Of a DNA stretch of 64,000 nucleotides, positions 14,455 through 25,900 are shown one piece after another. The notes beneath the pieces are model-generated. The model ran no database searches. It was not told the origin of the DNA and was given only the letters and a program-made list of their open reading frames with translations. The DNA comes from Mytilus californianus. Taxonomy: Eukaryota. The stretch lies in assembly GCF_021869535.1 (NCBI RefSeq), contig NW_026262581.1, positions 15,872,001-15,936,000 of the forward strand, written 5' to 3'. A program made the position numbers and the translations under genes. Within the stretch, counting starts at the first letter, position 1; the number at the start of each line of letters is the position of its first letter.

Positions 14455-17400
14455 CTACAATTAGAATTCAATCATTGATCATGTTTATATTCAGATTGTG
14501 TTCTGTCCAAATATTAGAACTGGCAGTAACCTAGTGTATAGTGAGATTAAAGAGTTCTTATTTTTTTTGTTAATTTTCTCATTTCAGTCTAATAAAGTTG
14601 TCTATTTTGAGTATCATACTTCATAGTGATTACAAATGAAACATTATAATCAAATAGCAAATAAAACAATTTTCTGAATCTTTAAATTATCAATAATATA
14701 TTTTATATCTAAATATGTTTAGCAGTTAAAAACTTTTACCTCACAAAATTAAAAGTAACAAGGTTAGAAATAGTATGTGTTATTTCTACATTTAATGTAT
14801 AAAACATAAATTTCTTTTTTTAGTAAACAGAAAATTCAATTTTTTTCAAAGGTTTTGTCTACAGATAACTCACTTAAATTATATATGCCCTAAATGTTGG
14901 AGCACTGTTTAATGCCACTGTAGAGCCCTAAATGTTGGAGCACTGTTTAATGCCACTGTAGGATCTGTTACTTACCTGACATATGCCCTAAATGTTGGAG
15001 CACTGATTAATGCCACTGTAGGATCTGTTACTTACCTGACATATGCCCAAAATGTTGGAGCACTGTTTAATGCCACTGTAGGATCTGTAACTTACCTGAC
15101 ATATGCCCTAAATGTTGGAGCACTGTTTAATGCCACTGTAGGGTCTGTTACTTACCTCCTGACATACATGTATGATGCCCTAAATGTTGGAGCTCTGATT
15201 AATGCCACTGTAGGATCTGTTACTTACCTGACATATGCCCTAAATGTTGGAGCACTGTTTAATGCCACTGTCATGACTGTAGGGTCTGTTACTTACCTCC
15301 TGACATACATGTATGATGACCTAAATGTTGGAGCACTGATTAATGCCACTGTAGGATCTGTTACTAACCTGACATATGCCCTAAATGTTGGAGCACTGTT
15401 TAATGCCACTGTAGGATCTGTTGGTGCTGGCGGATCAGTGACTTTGTTTGACATGAAGAAGGACATTGTAAAGTTGCTCTCACATGCTGGTCCTGGACCT
15501 GGGATAAGTCTAACCAAAACTGGAGCTGTCATAGCAATTTTCTCCTCTAAAAATAAGATTATACTTTCTTATTAATCTTGATGCAGTTTGAAGAAAATAA
15601 TTCAGAATGAGGTCATTAGGCATTGTAGCCTTTTTGCCACATACTGCAAGGAAATTTGAAGTCATACTTAACTTTGTGACCAGCATGATCAATGAAAAGT
15701 TTACCATGTTCACGAAATTAGTTGGACCCCTAAAAAATATATTTCTGTAAGTCAAAATTCTCAAACTATTGATTTCTTTTCTTATCCAGATTAACTGGAA
15801 TTTTATAAACTAATCTAAAAATACAACATTTATCTTATTTGTTTTGCTATATTTACATGATTTAGGTGGAACAGTTTTAACATTCATCAAATGTTAAATT
15901 AAAATTACCACTTATTTGTCATGGAATTTTGCATGCAGTATTTTTACAAACATCTCATCTGTATTTAATTTATTAAAAAATCCAGATCATAGACAATAAG
16001 GAGGTGATACTGTCCTTTACCATCAAGGGCAACAAACTTTTTTTCCTGTCATTGACTTCCTGTAGACCTAACCTACACTTCTTATTGTTTTTCAAAAACC
16101 TTGTGTTTGCCTTGGCACTGCTGACAACAAACTTGGAAGAAAATGTCATTGCTACTTTTGTTTTGAGAAAAAAATTCAAATGAAATGTAATTACCAATTT
16201 AATTTAATGAAAACAAAGAGTCAAGGATATGAGAAATAAAAAAATTCTGCAAATTTATGCTTAAATATTATCTGTTACAGACGGAAATCTATTTGATAAA
16301 AATTATGTTTCAACCAAACAATTTTTTAACATATTTTACATACAATTGGATTTAAGATTTATCACTATATATGGTGGTCACGTGGCAAAATAAACCATCA
16401 TGATAATTATTTGAATGTTTGTAGTCAACATAGTGGCATGCTACTAGTGGCATATCACCATCAATATACATGTGTTCCAGTGTAAGTAGTGGCCACAATA
16501 TATTTATGGCAGTTGATTTTATTAAAACCATCCTATGGCAGCCACAATGATATTTACAACTTGTGGCTGCCATTTACAAATTACCAAAGCCTGTCACCAT
16601 AACATATAATGGAAAGGATTAAAATGTAATGATATACAATATATAGTGGGAAATTCTAAATCCACCATGTTCGTATGGTTAGTGAAAATTAAGCAATTTA
16701 TGATCATTTGTATTGTATACATTGCCTTACTTTTAGCATTTTTGCCTTGTATATAATCAAATAATCTGTGAAACATGATTCCGCTTGCTTCGCTGTAGTC
16801 TACTCCAGCTAGGGTAGTAGACACCCAGTGTGTTGCAGTATATTCTCTTAACTCATAACCCTGAAATTATCAAATTATTCTAGTTAAAAAATCATATATG
16901 TATAATCATAAACAAAGATGTGTTTTACATTTAAAGAAAAAAATTGTTTGAAATTTTTGACTACTAATGATATCGATTATGGACAATGAGATATTGTTGT
17001 TTTGTAAGATACTCGACTTTGAAATTATGAACTGACCAAATCTTCAAATTCTGAGAGCAATGATCAAGTGTTATAGTACTAAAGCTTACTCTGAGGAAGT
17101 TTACCGATGTGTTTACATGTACATGATGTATTTAACCTTTTGAGTTGCCATGATGCTGACTTTTGAAAAATAGACTTATAAACAAACAACAGAAAACTGT
17201 AAAGTCGGACATTTTACCCACTACAGTATGGGAAAGAAATCAACCTTCAAGTCTTACATGAAGCTGAGGTTTTATGTATTCTATGGAAATGGTATCATGT
17301 TACTATTGTATAACAGATAAAAATAAACATAATATTGTCCAAAGTTGCAAAACTTGTCAATAATTCTTCAATTCAGGATCTATGTTATTTTTACTAACAT

Positions 17401-17629
17401 TCAGTAAAACAAAGAACTTTAAACCAAACTTTTATATTTTCATAGATCATACCGAGCTGGATTCTATGACTTTGTATTCAGGGCAGTCAAGTTTGTTGCA
17501 AAAATCTGGTTTCTTTTGAGGTTCAACCTCATTGCCTGGAATTATCTTTATCATCTTAGGCTTGTAGTACAGTTTTTCTCCTTGAACAAAAACTGCCATC
17601 AGAAGGACGGCTGCAATTTTTATCAACAT
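14280..17629 (-). CDS. HEBP2: SOUL/heme-binding protein 2-like with predicted signal peptide (HEBP-a), 219 aa, 4 coding exons
   Basis: Exons 17629-17453 (177 nt), 16860-16731 (130), 15546-15369 (178) and 14454-14280 (175) sum to 660 nt; all introns are GT-AG with phases 0,1,2. Translation has SOUL-family motifs: PDFCNKLDCPEY, YELREY..WVST, RLFDYIQGKN, IAMTAPV, FYFTAGYDSPF, RHNEIWF. N-terminus MLIKIAAVLLMAVFVQG looks like a signal peptide. The symbol marks family likeness, not proven orthology. Confidence 0.93.
14886..15422 (-). repeat. 60-bp tandem array (9 copies; 72- and 81-bp variants) made of the HEBP-a exon-3 end plus its splice donor
   Basis: Minus-strand unit GATCCTACAGTGGCATTAAACAGTGCTCCAACATTTAGGGCATATGTCAG|GTAAGTAACA. 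The first copy is the coding exon end. Confidence 0.95.
15369..15546 (-). CDS. HEBP2: HEBP-a coding exon 3 (alternative in-frame donor possible at 15297)
   Basis: tttttag|AGGAGAAAATTGCTATG ... TATGTCAG|GTTAGT; encodes EKIAMTAPV...PTFRAYV. Confidence 0.88.
16731..16860 (-). CDS. HEBP2: HEBP-a coding exon 2
   Basis: tttcag|GGTTATGAG ... AATGCTAAAA|GTAAGG; encodes GYELREYTATHWVSTTLAGVDYSEASGIMFHRLFDYIQGKNAK. Confidence 0.93.
17453..17629 (-). CDS. HEBP2: HEBP-a coding exon 1
   Basis: ATG at 17629, preceded by a ttttttgcag acceptor (implies an upstream non-coding exon); ends TCG|GTATGA, phase 0. Confidence 0.9.
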
Positions 17630-19958
17630 TCTGCAAAAAAAAATACTATCTTATATTCTTTAAAATATATACAGTATACCCAATTAGCCTTGTCCTTATT
17701 CAAACCTTCACCCAACAGTGATTGGAGAATCCCAAATTAAACTTAACTTTAAGTTTTTATCCAAAAAATTTTAAAATCAAAATCTTCTAAAATGTAAGCC
17801 TATGTGAAGACCAAAACGAAAAAAAGAATTTAGACATATAAATCCATTTTTCTTTATTTTTTTTTATGGTTTGCTACTTCAAGTTTACCTCATAGTTTGT
17901 GTCTGAGATATATTACTCTATACTTCTCAGGGTTCTCACTAAGGAATTTTGAAGCCATGGTGAGTCCAACAGTGAAAAGATGAAATTTTATTGCTTAATA
18001 ATATATCATTTATTATGTTAGTCCCCATGACAAAATAGAGCAAGGGAAATGACATCAAGTTTAAATAGATTTTAAACTTTTGTCATAAAATGATGATTAT
18101 TATGTGCTCAGCTGATATAACTTTTTATATTCTTAATGTATCTTTGGACTCACCAGGTTTGAAAATGATGAGTCCAGTCAGATTTTCATGTGTCTTGCCT
18201 AAGTGAGAACACTGTTTCTACAGGTCACATTATTTGCAAAGGTGATTTGATAGAATTATATAAAATAGGGAATATTGGAAGTTCAAGAGAACTACTTATT
18301 CTATATACTCTAGTTGAGCCAAATTTACTCCTTGGTTTTAATACAGATTTATGAGATTAGGTTACAGGAGTAACAAGGTATTCTGCTCCGAAATCAGGGG
18401 CGGATCCAGGATATTTGAAAGAGGGGGTGTAATTCCAGAAAACATAAAAATATTGCCAAGCGGAGCAAGGCGCAAACATTTTTTAGAAAATTCTTGTTCA
18501 TTGTAAAAATATGAGATTTTTTTTGGCAACCAAAGGGGGCAAGGTGTACACCCTCTTTTCCACATCATTGGTACCCCACTGGAAATTGTTTTCAGATAGG
18601 GAAACTTTAATCGTATATTCCTTTCAGTCCTAGTTACTCAAAAATAATTTATAGACAATTATTTTTGAAAACTTTTCATTGCTTTTTCAAATAAAATGCC
18701 ATGGGGTTTTGATAACACTATAAATGACAGCAATCAGTCCATTCTGTCGGATCTCCTCTACTTGACGATCGCAATACTCACCAGGTTTACCAGTATTGTG
18801 TACAATACTGGAATAAAATTTTTGTACCAGTATTGTGTTTTTAGAAAAAAATTATCAGGTGGCAAAACATGATGAAATATGATGACAATTCTATCATATT
18901 TAAGCTCAAAAATATTAAAGCTAAGAAATCATGATATTAATTCATATGAAAATGAACATTTTTTTAGCACTACTGACATGACTGAATCTTATATTTATGA
19001 ATGATATGATATGGGTTGTTATATGTTTAAATGATGATGTTGAGCAATGTCATCAAAGATTAAGTCTCAAATCTTCAGTGGTCTTTATCATAAGAGGATC
19101 ATACTTTTCCTATTGAAAGGTTTCACAATAAGATTGATAGATAATTCTTCTAAATATTTATCAAATTGCCATTCTGTATAAATTGGAAACATTCTGATAA
19201 CATCAAACAAAAGAATTAAATTTGGCTTTTGCTATATGGAATAAACTTATATTTAGAGTATAAAATAGTAAAATGTAATGAAAATGACTACTGAAAATTT
19301 TTTGATCACTGCTAAAAAGTGTAATTTTACCATAGTTATTTGTACATCATTAATTGATAAACATGATAAAGTAATTATTAAGATTATACAGATCTGATTA
19401 TATAACAATAATTACCCCTTTTTAGTTATACAAATGTGGGTGACTTGTCCCCTTAGGATGTTTATTTAGCAATAATATGATTGGAAGCAATTAAATTTTA
19501 CAATTTACTCATACCTGGGACTACATGTATTTCACTAACATATTAGTCCTAGCTCAAACATGTCATATACATCACAAAATCATTTTTTCAAACTGTGAAT
19601 GGATTGATTCAAACATAGCTGGGAAAAATCAAAGTATCTAAAATGTTCAAACTTTCTATTCTTCCTATATGAAAGTAATGGAGAAATTATAAATGTTTTA
19701 TCCCCTGAAAATGACTTTCAATTTTAATTGGTATTAAATGTGTTTATTAAGCAATAATACTATGAAACAGTTTAAAAAATCATATTGCCCAGTATTACCC
19801 AAACATACCATCAGTATTGACTATTGTAGTCCTTTTTAATTTTTTTTACAATACTAGTACATTTTTTTTAGTACTGGAACAAAACTGGGGTCATCGTAGC
19901 CAGTGCCTTCCTGAAAACAAATCTGCTAACACAGGATTATGTGTTCAAAAGCATTAGT

Positions 19959-20046
19959 GCGGAACCGTAGCTCAAAGGTCCTTGCGATATTTTTTAACAA
20001 TTTGTGGTAAAAAAATATCATAAGGTCCTTTGAGCTACGATTCCGC
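19959..20046. other. 88-nt imperfect palindrome (37-bp arms)
   Basis: GCGGAACCGTAGCTCAAAGGTCCTTGCGATATTTTTT / AAAAAATATCATAAGGTCCTTTGAGCTACGATTCCGC, with 4 non-Watson-Crick positions. Confidence 0.9.
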
Positions 20047-20419
20047 AGCTACAAACGCATATATACTTTCTTTATCAGAGATTAGAGATAAATTAACCTG
20101 AAATATAAAGATAAATTTACCTGAAATATATATTTTTGTCTGTTCGACTATTGTCTGTGACTGTGGAGAATTCGAATTGACTGGGAACGTGAAGTTATAT
20201 AAACATAGCGGTACACATGTACCTGTATAAAAAGAAGAGTCCAATATAATTTTCAAGGGCAAAATGACTTTCATAGAAGTGGACACTGTCGGTCGTTTAG
20301 GTTTTATTTAACATTGTGAAATACTTTCTTTATTCTAAAGTACTTTCTGTAAAAAATCTATACTAAATGGGGATAAAAATTAACGAAAATTATCTATGTT
20401 TTTTTTGCTTTTTCTTTTC

Positions 20420-20700
20420 TTTTTTACCTTCAACATTTGGTATAGGCCAAGTTAACTTTAGTTCAACCCGGAAGCATAACCCCACGTGTTTCTTCACGTG
20501 GTGAATGTAAACAATCTGCTTATACAACTAAATTGGTGTGACACAATTAAGTCATAAGATTTCTTGCATGATTTAATCCAGAAACTTCATTTTATATAAC
20601 TTTTGATGATTATTCATACAAAAGTATAAAATCGTCTGTTTTATTTCAGTTTAAAACAATTAACCAATTGCAAGCATTCGAGAAGTATTTGGAGGTAAAT
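20420..20700. promoter_or_regulatory. Putative shared promoter and non-coding first exons of the two SOUL genes
   Basis: Both SOUL ATGs are preceded by splice acceptors. This region has outward-facing donors (minus AAG|GTAAAA at 20428; plus GAG|GTAAAT at 20694) flanking CCGGAAG (20468-74), two CACGTG (20483-88, 20495-500), TGTAAACA (20506-13) and Inr-like TCAGTT (20646-51). Confidence 0.5.
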
Positions 20701-22866
20701 ATTATATAAATAATACACCATATTTTAGCTCTGTATTTGCATCCAAGTTATGATTGTAAATTTAACCAAACTTTTCCAATAAAAAAATAACATGCTTCAA
20801 AGAAAAGCGAAAGGTACCAGATGGACATCCAAACTCATAATTCGAAAATAAACAAACAACACACATAGTAGTCTGAGAGAAAACTAAAGACTGAGAAACA
20901 AAAACTCCACCTAAAACTGGAAGTTATCTCAGGTGGGGTAAGCAGATCCTGCTCTAAATGTGGCACTTGTTGTGTTGCTCATGTTAGTACAAACCCAGTG
21001 ATAGGTCTTATTCAGGGAGAAGGGGACTGGATTGTAGTTACAACAATTGGAACATAATCGTTATCTGTGACTCAAAGGTACATTGTGATTAGAATTGGTA
21101 ATTAAAACCTTTTTTGTGTTATCCATCATGTACTCATGGTAATTGTAAGTTTAAATGATCATCATGATGCCAACATCAAAACAAGCATATTTGAAAGAAA
21201 AAGATCTCACTAACAGTATAACACTCCATGAACTGATATAGCCCCCCAAAAAATAATGAAATAATTATTTATTTGTAAAAAAAACATCTATGAACTGGTT
21301 CACTGATCGATTTGGTCAGATCTGAAATATTGTATGCATACATGAATAAATTCTTAAAAATTTTCATCATTTTTGAAATACATGAATTTACCATGTTTAC
21401 AGAGATTTCAATGTTTCATCGATGTCTCAATTGATGCAAAGTGCTACTTTATATTTCAAATTTATTTGATTCATGTAATTTCAATGTTAATGTTTTAAGT
21501 TCTGGATATTAAAAATTAAATCATGTTATTATGATTTACATGACTAATGTGACATTCAAGTAGTAGTATTCTTAAAATGTTAGAGTAGATTTGTTTGGAC
21601 AATAGTGGTCTTATAATGAATGCCACTTGAGTCAAGTTTTAATTTGACGTTTTCAAATATTTGATATTCTGGAATTATATTACTCATTAATATTAGGCTA
21701 CTTGGTAATGTCCTGTTACATTTTGTAAAGTAATAAAAATAATCCCTATTTAACTCAAGAGTTCTTTAATGAAATCATTTTAAACTTGAACACAATTTTG
21801 TTATATATATACATGTAGGTATACATGAACACAGTTTTGAGATTGAATTTGACATATTTTAGAATAAACTTATATGCGCCCTTGGTATTGCTAAAAATAT
21901 CGGGGAAAGCTGAGGTTTCAGATCAAGTGAATTTATTTGAAAGGTTTAACTCAATGTTTGGAACACCAAAACACATGCCAGATTTGAATTTGACAAATGA
22001 AAAATCATTTAATAGTCAAACACATGCAGTCTGTACTTAAACACATGCCCAGTTTGAAATGATGCACAGGTTTGTATTGGTTGAGTTACACTTATCATGC
22101 TTATAATACCCTTTACAAATTAAGTGGTAAAGTTGGACATATTTAGGCTCGTAATTTAGTATGCTCATACAAATCTTTATTTAATGCACTGCAAGGAACC
22201 ACCTAAAATATGCCAACCATCATACATTTTCTGCCTGTCAATGAGAGAATAAGAAAGAATTTGACGAATGTATTTTTTTACCTTTTTTAAATGAATTGGT
22301 TCACTTAACTTCACTTAAAACTCTATTTACTGCAAGTGGTGGGCAGTGACAGATTCCAGGGTGAGGGTAGATGGCATATACCAGAAAAAAAGTTTCATGT
22401 TTCTCATCATGCTCAGCATTTATATCATTTTAAGCATAAAATCGTTCAAAAATTTTTCAGTCTTTGGGATTAATGCTGCAACTTTAAAAAAAAAATCCTG
22501 GATTCTCCTCTGATGGGAGACACTACAATGCATGTAGATTCATACATTGTAATGCTAGATGCATATATATACAGGATTTTGATAAGGGTGGGGGGTGCCG
22601 AACAAGACAACATTTTGAATGGGACATGTGAAAGACTACACATTAACTATTATATGTAGCTCCAGACCCCCTGACCCTTCAATCTGCCTCTGAATGCATT
22701 AAAAACATCAAGAAAATTAATTTTAATACTGGTAAATTTGTCAAGAAACCATAAACACCAAACTCATAGCAGTGATTTTGACTGAAAAATTATAGAGGCA
22801 AGTTTTACTTCTAATGATGTAAATTTAAGGTCATGTTTTGATTTTATTTTTTAGATTAACAACAAG

Positions 22867-22962
22867 ATGACTAGTATATTAAAAACAGTGGGATCTGCTG
22901 TGACTGGCAAATTTTTGGAGAAACCCAAGTATGAGAAGACATCTACTGGTAGTTCTGATGAT
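22867..22962 (+). CDS. HEBP2: HEBP-b coding exon 1
   Basis: Acceptor ttttttag at 22853-54, 12 nt upstream of the ATG; MTSILKTVGSAVTGKFLEKPKYEKTSTGSSDD|GTAAGT. Confidence 0.88.
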
Positions 22963-25900
22963 GTAAGTATTTAGGTAAAATGTTTACAATTACATGTGTG
23001 TCATTTGGAGAGTCAACATACATTGTTAAAATAAATTCACATTGAATTCTTTACAATTTAGTTTAAAGACAACAAAAATGAATTGGAATGAAACCATAGA
23101 CATTTTTTAATACATGTACAGATAAGTTTGCACCATTTCCTATACATTTAATATAAATATTGGTTTGGTTATGTCAAAATGTGGATTTTCCATATTAAGG
23201 GTTTGTAAATCCAACCGACAATGAAGCAGTCACTACTAGCCTGTATTTTATGCTTCAGTGATCTTGTTTAAGATCTAGGTCCAAGTTACTTAGTGACCTA
23301 CATGTATCATCATATAACTTGATGTTATATTACATCTATGGCAGTTTAAGAGCTTGGCTACAAAAAAAATCTGATAAAAAAAAATTACCTACATTTACTG
23401 CTTCTGTAACTTAGGTTTAGTTTTATGTCCAATTTTGATACAAGTATAATCATTGATAACAGATTCTAGGTGACTTACAAGCATATAACTTGATGAAGGA
23501 TGCATCTAGTAGAGTATAGACCTTCTAATGAAAACAGACCACTCCAACTTATATTTTTGTACATTTTAAATCAGTAAATTATAAAGGTTAAGTTTTATAC
23601 CAAATTTTAAAACTCTGATACTAAATTACCAACAACCATATAATACCTTTTCAGAATTCTGAAATTGATCTTTATTGAATACTCCAACAATATATTGTAA
23701 TGTAGTTTATATATATACTATTTAGGGTATAGAGGAAAGACATTATGAAGCAGCCAAGTGGGTCAGTACCAAAACAATGGGCATGAACCGTGAAGAAGCA
23801 GTGAGCACTGGATTTAATAGACTGTTTAAATACATCACAGGAACTAACGAAAAAAGTAAGTCCTACAAGATATGAAGGGCGTTGATGCTAATCTGACACA
23901 TATATTTTTTTATGCCCCTGCTGTAGCGAAGGGGGAATTAAGTTTTACCCTTGTCTGTCTGTACGTACGTACGTCCCAAAATTGGTTTCCATTCTCTAAC
24001 TTTAGTTTGCCTCAACCAAATGTTATGAAACTTATACACAATGCTAATTACCACAAAACACAGATCAAGTTTCAATTTTGGTGGCCTCACTTTAACCGTT
24101 CTAGAGTAATGCCCCTTTACAAATGGAAAAATTGCTGAATTTTTCGTTTCCGTTCTCTCACTTTAGTTTGCCTCAACCAAATGTTATGAAACTTATGCAC
24201 AATGCTTATTACCACAAAACTCAGATCAAGTACAAATTTGGGTAGCGTCACTTTTACATTTCTAGAGTTATATCCCTTTATAACGTTATATGCAAGCGGG
24301 GGCATCATCTGTGTCCCATGGACACATTCCCCATTTTTATGCCCCCGTCGTAGAGGTGGGGGCATTAAGTTTTACCCTTGTCCGTCTGTACGTATGTACG
24401 TACGTCCGTACATCCCAAAATTGGTTTCCGTTCTCTAACTTAAGTTTGCCTCAACCAAATGTTATGAAACTTATACACAATACTTATTACCACAAAACAC
24501 AGATCAAGTTTGAATTTTGGTGGCATCACTTTAACCGTTCTTGAGTTATGTTCCTTTATAAATGGAAAAATTGCTAAATTTTTAGGTCTGTTCTCTAACT
24601 TAAGTTTGCCTCAACCAAATGTTATGAAACTTATACACAATGCTTATTACCACTATACACAGATCAAGTTTGAATTTTGGTGGCATCACTTTATCTGTTC
24701 TAGAGTTATGCCCCTTTATAAATGCAAAAATTGCAAAATTGTTATTTTCTTCTAAATATCAGGTAATTTTTAAAATTGGAGTTATCTTCCTTTGTCTATG
24801 ATTATAGTTGAATCAACTACAATCAATGCTTTATACAATGCAATGTTTAATTTTGACTTCCACTGATAAAACACAGATCAAGTTGAATTTGGGTAGTGTC
24901 ACTTTAACCATTATTGAGTTATGCCCCTTTATAAATCGAAAGATTGCAAAATTTTTAGTTTCCATTCTGTAACTTAAGTTTGCCCAAACCAAACATTATG
25001 AAATCTATACACAATATTCATTACCACAAAACTAAGATCAATTACAAATTTTTTGTTTCCGTTTTCTAACTTTAGTTTGCCTCAACCAAATGTTATGAAA
25101 CTTATACATAATGCTTATTACTAAATAATACAGATGAGGTACGAAATTGGTGGCGACATTTTTACCATTCTTGAGTTATGTCCCTTTATAAACATAAAAA
25201 TTGCTGAATTATTCGTTTCCGTTCTCTAACTTTAGTTTGTCTCAACCAAATGTTATAAAACTTATACACAACCGTTCTAGAGTTATGCGTGTTTACAAAT
25301 AGAATAATTGCTAAATTTTTAGTTTCTGTTCTCTACTTAAGTTAGCCTCAACCAAATGTTATGAGACCTACACACAATACTTATTACCACAAAACTCAGA
25401 TCAAGTTCAAATTTGGGTAGCGTCACTTTTACCGTTCTTCAGTTATGTCCCTTTATAACTATATGATATGCAAGCGGGGGCATCATCTGTGTCCAAATGT
25501 GGACACTATCCACATTTATTTATAATTGCTTCAATCCAGGAACCTGTAGTCAAGTAACATAATGGTCTTTATGTTATATTCATGATATTTGACTTAAATT
25601 TAACCATAAGGTGTCTCTTTTAAGTTTTTTTTTATTTAGTGCTTATTCAATATTTTTGAAGATCATTCAGTGTATATGACCTGTTTATGCACAACATTAG
25701 TCTTGGGAGTGTAGACTTGTATTTTCTGATTGCAATCATACAGTGTCTCATTATTTTTATAAGTTAAATTGTTTGTAAAACATGTATATTTATATGCTTA
25801 GAGATATAGGGGAATGTCAACATGACAGCAACCCATTACTACATTCACTGTCACCAAAAACAGGCATTTATATAAATATTGTAGACATCACCATATAGTC

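Noticed and set aside
15168-15575. 135-aa plus-strand repetitive ORF
   Set aside because: Antisense shadow of HEBP-a exon 3 and its 60-bp array; unit lengths divisible by 3 keep it open.
23872-24755. Cluster of 78-88-aa ORFs on both strands
   Set aside because: All lie in HINE monomers; the same pseudo-peptides recur at 10636..10911. The same applies to the ORFs at 29314-31435 and 38258-38665.
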